From positions 13,984,001 through 14,048,000 of the forward strand of contig CP086569.2 of NCBI GenBank assembly GCA_009914755.4: a stretch of DNA of 64,000 bases. Direction: 5' to 3'. The position numbers and the translations under genes were made by a program. Source of the DNA: the human T2T-CHM13v2.0 reference genome, Homo sapiens. Numbering within the stretch: the stretch's first letter is position 1; the number at the start of each line of letters is the position of its first letter. Positions 47,449-64,000 of the stretch are shown in pieces. The notes under the pieces were generated by a model. That model did no database searches. It had not been told where the DNA came from and was given only the letters and a program-made list of their open reading frames with translations.

Positions 47449-50424
47449 TAAAGCTCAGTTTAAATCCAATGTATCTTTGTTAATATTCTATCATCTAGAT
47501 TATCTATCTAATGATGAGAGTGAGGGGTTGAAGTCTTCAATTACTATTGTATATGAGTCTCTCTTTTCCTTTAATAGTATTCACTTTATATTTCTGGCAG
47601 TTATAATGTTGGTCGCATATATATTTAGAATTGGCATATCCTCTTGCTGAATTGATCCCTTTATCATTATATAAAGACCTTATTGGACTCTTTTTACTTT
47701 TTTGAACGCATTTCTTTTATGTAAATATAGCTACTTTTATAGTAGCTACATTTACAATTGGTTAATAATACTTTTTGGCACCCTGCCACCATACCTCAGG
47801 GCTGGTTATTCTTGATTTCTGTTTGCCTGGAATATTTTTTTCCATCCATTTACTTTTACTCTGTATTTGTCCTAATGCATGATATGAGTTCTTGCAGGCA
47901 CAGTGTAGTTCAGCCATTCATGAAAATCCATTTAGCCAGTATATATATTTCAAGTGAACAATTTAATCTATTTACATTCAAGGTTATTTGCTGAGATCAG
48001 CTCGATCATGGAGACCCCATCCCAGCCGCACTAGAGGAATTGAAGACACAGACACAGAAATAGAAGAATCAGGAGGCTAACAGCCTTCAGAGCTGAGAGC
48101 CACAAACGGAGTTTGACCCATATATTTATTGACAGCAAGACAATGGTAAGCATTGTTTCTACAGGTTATAGATTAGGTAAAAGCATTTCTTATGGGAAAC
48201 AAAGCATTCTTAGCAAAGAGGAGAGAAACAGGCTCTGGCTGATTATCTGCAGCAAAAACATGTTAAGGCATAGGCCACTCCTGCTATTGTTTGAGGTTTG
48301 AGCAGTTTTCCATTCCAGGTGGGCCAAGTGTTCCTTGCCCTACTCCAGTTAGCCAGCAACTTCTAGCAGTGTGTGTTATAGCATCATGAGCATCTTGAAC
48401 CTGGGAGGTGGAGGTTGCAGTGAGCCGAGATCGTGCCACTGCACTCCATGATGCTATAACATGTAGTCACATTGCTGCAGAAATCCTGTTTATGGCCAAT
48501 TTCTTTAAGGCCCATTTATGACAAGCTTATGGCCTGTTCCCAGCAGTTATTAATATCTGAGGGCTAATTTCTATAATTTTATGAATTGAATTCTGGTGGT
48601 TTTGTTTAGCCCTTTGCTTTTCTTTCTCTTTGTTTATCATTGCAGTTTGGTGATTTTCTGTAGTAGTTACATTTGTAGTCATTCTCTTCATTATTTGTGT
48701 GTTTGCATTACCAGTGGGTTTTATAGTAGTGCGTGATTTCATCATGATAGACACTGTTGTTTCACTTCTAGATATATAATTCCCTTAAGCCTTTCTTATA
48801 GGGCAATTGGTGATAAATTTTTTCAGCTCTTGCTTATCTGGGAAATAATTTATTTCTCCTTCATTTATGAAGGATACCTTTACTGAACATATTATCCTTG
48901 AGTAGCAGTTTTTTTCTTTTAGCACTTTAAATATATCATCACATTCTCTCCTGGCCTGTAAAGTATCTACTGAAAAAAAATTCTTAGTCTGATGAGGATT
49001 TCTAAGTGGCCAGAAACTTTTCTTCTGCTGTTTCTAGAATTCTCTTTATTTTTAAATGTTGACAGTTTGAATACAATGTACCATGGAGAATACTTTTTGA
49101 ACTGTGTGCACTTGGGGATCTCTTTCTGTATCTGGACATTTAAATTGCATGCTAGGCTAGAAAATTTTCCCCTAGTCTTTCATCATATAGGTTCCCTAAC
49201 CATCCTCCCCCGTGTGTGCTGTTGCTGGAGAGGTGTTGTGATTACTTGGAGGAGAAGCAGCATTCTGGCTTTTGGAATTTTCAGCATTGTTGCACTGGTT
49301 TTTCCTCATCTTTGTGGATTTATGTACCTTTGACCAATGAGGCTGATGACCTTTGGATGGGGTTTTTGTCAGGGGGGAGTCTTTTTGTTGATGTTGTTGC
49401 TTTCTGTGTGTTAGTTTTTCTTCTAACACGCCCCTGTTTTGCAGGTTTGTTTCAGTATGCTGGGCGTCCACTCTAAACCCTGTTCTTCTATCACCAGTGG
49501 AAGATGCAGAACAGCAAAGACTGCTGCCTGTTCCTTTTTCAGGAAGCTTCATCCCAGGGGGGCACTGATTTGATACCACTGGGAGCTCTCCTGTATGAGG
49601 TACCTGTTGACCCCTGTTACATGGTCTCTCCCAGTCAGGAGGCATGGGGTTAGGAGCCCGCTTAAGGAGGCAGTCTGTCCCTTAGCAGAGCTAATGCTCT
49701 GTGCTGGGAGAAACCCCCTTATCAGCATCAGCCACTCTCTTCAGAGCTGGAAGGTGGGAGAGATTAAGTCTTCCAAACCTGAGACTGCTGCTGCCCCTCC
49801 CCTGACATGCTCTGTCCCAAGGATCTGAGAGTCTTCTCTGTAAGCCCCTGACTGGAGCTGCTGGATTTTCTGCAGAGATAGGCTGCCCAGTGAGGAGAAA
49901 TCTAGAGAACCAGTCTGGCCGCAGCCACTTAGCTGCACTGTGGTGAATTCTGCCCACTTCCCTTAGCACTGTTAGGGGAAAACCGCCTACTAAAGCCACA
50001 GTAATGGAGGTCACCTCTCCCCCCACCAAACTCAATCATCCCAGGCAGACTCCAGACTGCTGAGCTGGCAGTGAGAATTTCAAGCCAGGGTCCTGGTAGT
50101 GTAGGCTGACAAGGGAATCTCCTGATACGCAGATTGCAAAAACCCATGGGAAAAGCATAGTAGCCCAGGTGGGTAGCATAGTCCCTTACCACTTCCCTTG
50201 GCTGGGGGAGGGAGGTCCCCAGCTCCTTGCACTTCCCAGGTGAAGCACACCACACCCTGCTTCTTCTTGCTGTCTGTGCTGTACCCACTGCCTAGCCAGT
50301 CCCAGTGAGATGAACAGGGTACCTCAGCTGGAAATGTAGAAGTCACCTGCCTTCTGCATTGCTCTCACTGGGAGCTACAGACTGGGGCTGTTTCTATTCA
50401 GCCAACTTGAACCCTCCCCTTCAT

Positions 50425-50765
50425 TGTGGTTTCTGATTTGCATTTCTCTAGTGATCAGTGATGTTGAGGGTTTTTTTCATATATTTGTTGGCTACATGTA
50501 TGCCTTCTTTTGAAAAGTGTCTGTTCATGTCTTTTGCTCAATTGTTAATAGGATTACTTTTCCTTACACATATTTTGAGTTCCTTATAGACACTGGATAT
50601 GGAAATTAGGCCTTTGTCAGATGCAGAGACTGCAAAAATTTTCTCCCATTCTATGGTTGTCTGTTTACTCTGTTGGTAGTTTATTTTGCTTTGCAGAAGC
50701 TCTTAAGTTTAATTAGATCCCACTTGTCAACTTTTGCTTTGGTTTTTTCATTTTCTGAAGGAGAA
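50425..50765 (-). mobile_element. Separate short L1 fragment (antisense ORF2 C-terminal region) abutting the 5' end of the old L1
   Basis: tgtggtttctgatttgcatttctctagtgatcagtgatgttgagggtttttttcatatatttgttggctacatgtatgccttcttttgaaaagtgtctgttcatgtcttttgctc...agatgcagagactgcaaaaattttctcccattctatggttgtctgtttactctgttggtagtttattttgctttgcagaagctcttaagtttaattagatcccacttgtcaac. Confidence 0.55.
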
Positions 50766-53424
50766 AAAAACTCAGTTTGCAGGTGGGAAAGTTATGTGAT
50801 CCATGTCAAACTGAATGTGGGACAGGCACCCACTGAGAAAAAACACCTGTTATGGAAAAGTCCAAGGCAATAGAGCATATCATGGATATAACAATAAAAA
50901 TATGTACTTTTCCACTTATGACTACAAGCATTAGTCATTAGGTGATACATTTCACTTTATTCTTAAACTAGTGGTAATATAATTGTTAATCAAGCCACTA
51001 AAATGGGTTTTTATATTAACTTCCAAGACAAAAAGTTTTTTCTTAGTCAGAATTCCACTTCTCCAGCCAATATAAAACTCCTTGGCTAGTGAGAAAATTC
51101 TATTCATTTTACCTATTAAAAGCATAAAAATTTAGTCCCAAATTTTGTCTTTCCATGTGCACTCAAGAAACAATCTCCCTCTTCACCATCCCTTGTCTCC
51201 CCACCTTGCAAAGTCTGCAGACTCTGACTCTATTTCACTGTCACAACTACTTATTTTTTTCCACATTCCCCAAATCCGTATTTCCTCTTCAGGCTTCTTT
51301 TCAGTGTGTGGTCACTTCAGGTTGCTAGTTCAAATTAGTATAGACTGTGTACCTTAAACAGCAGAAATTTTCTCATAGTTCTGGAGGCTGAAGTCTAAGA
51401 TCAAAAGTGCCAGCAGACCCAATGTCCGGATATCAAATGACCAGGTGTCCAGAACCAAATGGTGAATGCCCATTTCTCAGTTTGCAGACAGCCCTCTTTT
51501 TACTGTATTCCTCTATGGCAGAGAAGACAAAAAAAAAAAAAAAGTAAGAAAGAAGAAGCTCTCAAATCTTTTATAATGGCACTAGTGTCATTCAGGAGGG
51601 ATCTGTCTTTATTACCTAGTTAAATTCCCGAAGACCCCAGCTCCTAATTCCATTACATTGTGGTTTAGGATCTCAACATCTAAATTTGGGGAAACTAAAA
51701 CATTTAGTGCATAGTACAAGATAAAGGCAGGATGGGGGATTTCTGCAAGAAGAGATGGGGCTTGGGAACAGTAAAACTTCCTCAGTGGACAAGTCTGTTT
51801 TACAACAAGAAAAGCTGGAAGAACTCCTGTTTTCAACCAAGAGACAAAAGTTTTTAGCTGCTGCTTCTCATCTCTCTGTTTCCCCTTCTCACCATAATAT
51901 TTCCGTCTCATCTTATTTCTGAGAGTTGTCCAGTGACATAAATAATAACGGAAGGGAAAACCAACCTTTCTTTTCCACAATAATATCCTTTCTATTTAAA
52001 CTCTTCAGCGTAGCCTCTTTAACCCTCTGCATTTCCCATCATATGGGATCCAAATCAGTTTCTTCCTCCTTAGTCCTGTGTTCCCCCATTTCCTAATAAG
52101 ACAATTTCAAGAAATCTTTGGAATAACTTATGAATTGAAGAAACACAGGTATTTCTAGGCATGGTCAGTGCTCCAACACTTCTGTATGAAAAAAGAGCTG
52201 GTCAATACCTAAAGAGAAATCATGTTAAATACAGAGAGATTACAAGGGCATTTCTAATATATGTCTCTCTGTAAATAAGATCTAGCACTATTACAGCAGC
52301 AATAAAATTTTGAAGTAAACTGCTCTTACAAAATAAAGCAGAAACCAAAAACTGAAGTTAGCACTCCCTGAAGGCAATCCCTCCCCCAAAATACTAAAAT
52401 GCTTGGCAAAAACTCTTAGAATCAGCCTTATCAGAACTCCAAAAATAGTCAAAAGTGTACCAAAACCAAAAACCTTAACAAAACCAAACCAAAACAAACC
52501 AAAAATCAAAAATCTTAGTAAATAAAAAAGCCACTACAGCACATTCGCGTTGCATTGTATTTTAACTTAACCTAGTTCCACCTCTTTCCCTAGCATGCCA
52601 GAAAACTTGAAGATGACAGCCCACATACATGGTGCATGTAGTCAGTTTCATAAGCAGCAAAATTAATCTTGCTCCAAGGAAATGAATGGTTTTTGTTTGA
52701 CTTTAATGGAAATTATTTTATGGACTTTCACAAGGTATGTTCCTTTGCTTTACCTAGCTTGGAGTTCATGTGGTCCTCAAGAAAAGCCAAATGAATAAGC
52801 CACTATTGTTGGCAGTAAAACGGCAACAAGAAACTACAATGTTGAGGACCACAGTAGACACCATGATAGCCTAAAAGGACATAGAGTAAAATTTTAGGAG
52901 AAAATAGGGTCTTTGAAAGACTGCTACCTATCAGGGACACCTACAAAGCCACACACATGCTTGGGAAACAACTGTAAAGACAATAAGGCAAAAGCTTTAG
53001 TGTTTTTTGTGTCTTTACACTCAGGCAAAAAAGAAGGCTAAGACAATGTTGTAAATTGGTCATGCGAAGCGTTGAAGAAGTGTCTCAACATACAGTCAAT
53101 CAACAAAGACATAGAGAAACATTTCCTTTTTCTCCTCTTCCTCTTTTCTTTCTTATTTGTACATGTAATAATGTTCAAAATATCCACTTTTCTTTTTTTT
53201 TTCTTTTTTTTCTTTTATTATTATACTTTAAGTTTTAGGGTACATGTGCAGATTGCACAGGTTAGTTACATAGGTATACATGTGCCATTCTGGTGCGCTG
53301 CACCCACTAACTCGTCATCTAGCATTAGGTATATCTCCCAGTGCTATCCCTCCCCGCTCCCCCCACCCCACAGCAGTCCCCAGATTGTGATGTTACCCTT
53401 CCTGTGTCCATGTGATCTCATTGT

Positions 53425-57262
<3,838 letters not shown>

Positions 57263-57310
57263 TTATTTTGCTCATTAGTTGATGCAGTTTCTTCCTAGTC
57301 TTGATGGTCT

Positions 57311-57955
57311 TTACATTTTGGCATGATTTTGCAGCGGCTGGTACTGGTTGTTCATTGCCATGTTTAGCGCTTCCTTCAGGAGCTCTTTTAGGACAAGCCT
57401 GGTGGTGACAAAATCTCTCAGCATTTGCTTGTCTGTAAAGTATTTTATTTCTCCTTCACTTATGAAGCTTAGTTTGGCTGGATATGAAATTCTGGGTTGA
57501 AAATACTTTTCTTTAAGAATGTTGAATATTGACCCCCACTCTCTTCTGGCTTGTAGGGTTTCTGCCGAGAGATCCGCTGTTAGTCTGATGGGCTTCCCTT
57601 TGAGGGTAACCCGACCTTTCTCTCTGGCTGCCCTTAACATTTTTTCCTTCATTTCAACTTTGGTGAATCTGACAATTATGTGTCTTGGAGTTGCTCTTCT
57701 CGTGGAGTATCTTTGTGGCGTTCTCTGTATTTCCTGAATCTGAACGTTGGCCTGCCTTGTTAGATTGGGGAAGTTCTCCTGGATAATATCCTGCAGAGTG
57801 TTTTCCAACTTGGTTCCATTCTCCCCATCACTTTCAGGTACACCAATCAGACGTAGATTTGGTCTTTTCACAGAGTCCCATATTTCTTGGAGGCTTTGCT
57901 CATTTCTTTTTATTCTTTTTTCTCTAAACTTCCCTTCTCTCTTCATTTCATTCAT
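57311..57955 (-). pseudogene. ORF1 of the young L1; only the C-terminal 214 aa are in an open frame, and the N-terminal coiled-coil part upstream is disrupted
   Basis: MNEMKREGKFREKRIKRNEQSLQEIWDSVKRPNLRLIGVPESDGENGTKLENTLQDIIQENFPNL...YQPLQNHAKM is collinear with the L1 ORF1p RRM and C-terminal domain. A 63-bp inter-ORF spacer separates it from the ORF2 ATG. Confidence 0.85.
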
Positions 57956-58429
57956 TTCATCTTCGATTGCTGATACCCTTTCTTCCAGTTGATCGCATCA
58001 GCTCCTGAGGCTTCTGCATTCTTCATGTAGTTCTCGAGTCTTGGTTTTCAGCTCCATCAGCTCCTTTAAGCACTTCTCTGTATTGGTTATTCTAGTTATA
58101 CATTCTTCTAAATTTTTTTCAAAGTTTTCAGCTTCTTTGCCTTTGGTTTGAATGTCCTCCCGTAGCTCAGAGTAATTTGATCATCTGAAGCCTCCTTCTC
58201 TCAGCTCGTCAAAGTCGTTCTCCGTCCAGCTTTGTTTCATTGCCGGTGAGGAACTGCGTTCCTTTGGAAGAGGAGAGTCACTGCGTTTTAGAGTTTCCAG
58301 CTTTTCTGTTCTGTTTTTTCCCCATCTTTGTGGTTTTATCTACTTTTGGTCTTTGATGATGGTGATGTACAGATGGGTTTTTGGTGTGGATGTCCTTTCA
58401 GTTTGTTAGTTTTCCTTCTAACAGACAGG

Positions 58430-59229
58430 ACCCTCAGCTGCAGGTCTGTTGGAGTACGCTGCCGTGTGAGGTGTCAGTGTGCCCCTGCTGGGGGGTGCCT
58501 CCCAGTTAGGCTGCTCGGGGGTCAGGGGTCAGGGACCCACTTGAGGAGGCAGTCTGCCCGTTCTCAGATCTCCAGCTGCGTACTGGGAGAACCACTGCTC
58601 TCTTCAAAGCTGTCTGACAGGGACATTTAAGTCTGCAGAGGTTACTGCTGTCTTTTTGTTTGTCTGTGCCCCGCCCCCAGAGGTGGAGCCTACAGAGGCA
58701 CGCAAGCCTCCTTGAGCTGTGGTGGGCTCCACCCAGTTGGAGCTTCCCGGCTGCTTTGTTTACCTAATCAAGCCTGGGCAATGGCGGGCGCCCCTCCCCC
58801 AGCCTCGCTGCCGCCTTGCAGTTTGATCTCAGACTGCTGTGCTAGCAATCAGCGAGACTCCGTGGGCGTAGGACCCTCCGAGCCAGGTGCGGGTTATAAT
58901 CTCGTGCTGCACCGTTTTTTAAGCCCATCGGAAAAGCGCAGTATTTGGGTGGGAGTGACCCGATTTTCCAGGTGCCATCCGTCACCCCTTTCTTTGACTA
59001 GGAAAGGGAACTCCCTGACCCCTTGTGCTTCCCAAGTGAGGCAATGCCTCGCCGTGCTTCGGCTGGTGCATGGTGCGCGCACCCACTGACCTGCGCCCAC
59101 TCTCTGGCACTCCCTAGTGAGATGAACCTGGTACCTCAGATGGAAATGCAGAAATCACCCTCTTCTGCTTCGCTCACGCTGGGAGCTGTAGACCGGAGCT
59201 GTTCCTATTTGGCCATCTTGGCTTCTTCC
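58430..59229 (-). promoter_or_regulatory. CpG-rich L1 5'UTR (internal sense promoter and antisense promoter region) of the young L1
   Basis: The highest CpG density in the window (gcgggcgcccctcccccagcctcgctgccgccttgcag..., gtgcttcggctggtgcatggtgcgcgcacccactgacctgcgcccac). CpG retention implies a recent insertion or methylation-protected state. Confidence 0.6.
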
Positions 59230-59245
59230 AAAATATCCACTTTTC

Positions 59246-61220
<1,975 letters not shown>

Positions 61221-61225
61221 GTCTA

Positions 61226-61668
<443 letters not shown>

Positions 61669-62614
61669 AAAGTAAGAGGCTGATAAATCGTTTCTCAGAA
61701 AAAAAAACTACCTAACAGAGACAAACAGAAGTGATATATCGGCAGCTGCAAGATGGTGAGTCCCTGCACCAACTCCCAGAAAGTGTTCTTTATAAAAGGA
61801 AGCATTTTGGGTGAAGATGTGCAAATAGGTGAAGATGTGCATCTGGTCATGCCTAAGACTTTCTTGGAAAACTTGTGGCCATTGGGGAGTTTATATAAGC
61901 ATCTTTATGAGGGCTTAGCAATGCTACAGGGATTGTTTAAAGACCTTGCTGCAGGTGTAAAGTATTGATCATGATGTCAGTTTTGCTTCAAAATGACATT
62001 ACTCTTGCCATATAACAAGTTGTTCTCCTGTAATAGCATATCCAGGAGAAAACCTCCCTAAACTAAGAATTGTTATTTGGCAGAGGAAACGGCATTTTGC
62101 ATTCAGTGTTTTGATTTGTCTGAGATTTTCTGTGATACTAGTTTCACCTAAACACTATCAGGACTGGCAGCATAACTTGAAAGCTGATGAAAAACGTGGA
62201 GACTACAGCCATTTAGAGACACAGTCCTGCATGCAAAACCTAGAGGAATCAACATCTCAGGAAAAATCTGGGATGTTCCAAAGCCTCTGGGCTGATTGGT
62301 CAAGGTCTTCCTTTGATCTAAGCCAGTATGTTAAGACTAGAACAGATGTGTCCCTTTTTTTCCTTCAACAGTTCAAATTGCAGCAAAAGTTTACATACCA
62401 TTGAAAGAAACAGATAATTGTGGCCAAATTATAGAAATTAAAATGAAATTCAAGTGACCAAACCTAAAGAAATGAAGATCTATAAGCAGTCAGACAAAAA
62501 CTTAAAATAACTGCCATGAGAATTCCTGAAAACTAAACAAAATCAGGAAATAAAATATGAACAAAAAGATAAATTCAACAAAGTAGAAATCATTTAAAAA
62601 GCTACAACATCTAG

Positions 62615-62952
<338 letters not shown>

Positions 62953-63313
62953 TTAAACAGAAAAATTCTGTATATGGATTAAATAGCATTTGAAATAATC
63001 AAGTCAGAGATTCAAAAAGTAAAAAGAGTAAAGAAAAATAAAGAGGCCAAGGAATTTATCATATATTATCAAACAGAGCAATATAAGCATTATGGGAATC
63101 CCAAAAGAAAGCAAGAAAGAAACAGAAAACATATGTGAAGAAATAATATACCAACATTTCCTAATTCTGAGGAGAGAAAAAGATATACAAATTCAAGAAG
63201 CTCAAACATTTTTGAAAGAGAAAAAACTCAAGAGAACCACACCAAGATATATTATATCACATTGACTAAAGTCAGAAAAAATGTTGAAAGCAGAAAGACA
63301 AAAGTGACTCACT

Positions 63314-63648
63314 GGCCAGGCACAGTGGCTCAAGCCTGTAATCTCAGCACTTTGCGAGGCTGAGGCGAGTGGATCACCTGAGGTCAGGAGTTCAAGACCA
63401 GCCTGACTAACATGGAGAAACCCTGTCTCTACTAAAAATATAAAATTAGCTGGGCGTGGTGGCGCATGCCTGTAATCCCACCTACTCAGGAGCCTGAGGC
63501 AGGAGAATCACTTGAAACTGGGAAGTGGATGTTGAGGTGGGCTGAGATCACACCATTGTACTCCAGCCTGGACAACAAGAGCAAAAAACTCTGTCTCAAA
63601 AAAAAAAAAAAAAAAACTAAATAAAATAAAAAAACTAAAAAAAAAAGA
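63314..63648 (+). mobile_element. Alu, TSD aaagtgactca
   Basis: ggccaggcacagtggctcaagcctgtaatctcagcactttgcgaggctgaggcgagtgg... to ...ctctgtctcaaaaaaaaaaaaaaaaaactaaataaaataaaaaaactaaaaaaaaa. TSD at 63301-63311 and 63649-63659. Confidence 0.9.
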
Positions 63649-64000
63649 AAGTGACTCATCACACACAAAGAAGCTTCAATAAGATTATGAAGGGATTTCT
63701 CAACAGAAACCTCACAAGGCAAAAAAAAGAGTGGGAGAAAATATGCAAAACACTGAAAGAAAAAACTGTCGGTGGTATCTGACAAAACTTTTCTTCAGAA
63801 ATGAAGACTTTCCAAAATGAGTAAATGCTGAGGATGTACATTATCATCAGACCTACTGTATAAGAAATGCTAAAAGCAGTCTTTCACGTTGAAATGAAGA
63901 CGGTGGACAGAAACATGATGTCATAGAGAAATATAAAATTATCCAGTAAAGATAAATACATGAACAAACATAGTAAACTGTATTATTTAATTTTGGTGCA

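Noticed and set aside
51360-51510. Short segment ...gcagaaattttctcatagttctggaggctgaagtctaagatcaaaagtgccagcag... resembling a widespread ancient mammalian LTR/MaLR-type repeat motif (ttctcacagttctggaggctggaagtccaagatcaaggtgccagcag)
   Set aside because: The similarity is to a motif recalled from memory only. The fragment is short and diverged, and I cannot assign the family with confidence, so I left it unannotated pending RepeatMasker.

Overview
This window is primate (human-type) intergenic DNA made almost entirely of nested retrotransposons. I found no intact cellular protein-coding gene, no rRNA or tRNA, and no CRISPR or other prokaryote-type system. Every long ORF in the six-frame track is accounted for by LINE-1 ORF1/ORF2 or by endogenous-retrovirus gag/pro/pol/env remnants. 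Main contents, from left to right: a 5'-truncated L1PA copy on + (1-2183); an old L1 on - (2.7-5.3 kb); Alu clusters; a processed pseudogene of SFPQ (intronless, with 5'UTR, start codon, RRMs, coiled-coil, C-terminal tail and an AATAAA) that is split into two halves (7.95-8.63 kb and 18.85-20.3 kb) by a ~10.2 kb insertion bounded by two ~400-bp direct LTR-like repeats; a solo HERV-H LTR7 (21.4-21.8 kb); an inverted pair of an unclassified LTR-like repeat (12.3 kb and 23.2-23.7 kb); an old L1 on + (24.3-30.8 kb) carrying a nested younger L1PA with a 12-bp target-site duplication (TSD), a solo LTR12 (HERV9 LTR) with a 5-bp TSD, and a further TG...CA-bounded 522-bp insert; an old near-full-length L1 on - (32.5-50.4 kb) that hosts two Alu clusters and a complete gamma-retrovirus-like (class I) ERV provirus, LTR-gag-pro-pol-env-LTR, at 35338-45017, with every gene disrupted; a young full-length L1PA on - (53193-59229) with a perfect 17-bp TSD, a CpG-rich 5'UTR and a 522-aa intact stretch of ORF2; and further old L1 ORF1/ORF2 fragments with Alu insertions out to 64 kb. 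Two small Alu-associated palindromic rearrangements (template-switch-like) are also noted. All coordinates were read by eye and are approximate to about 5-20 bp. Family assignments for the unclassified LTRs and the ERV provirus are left open.
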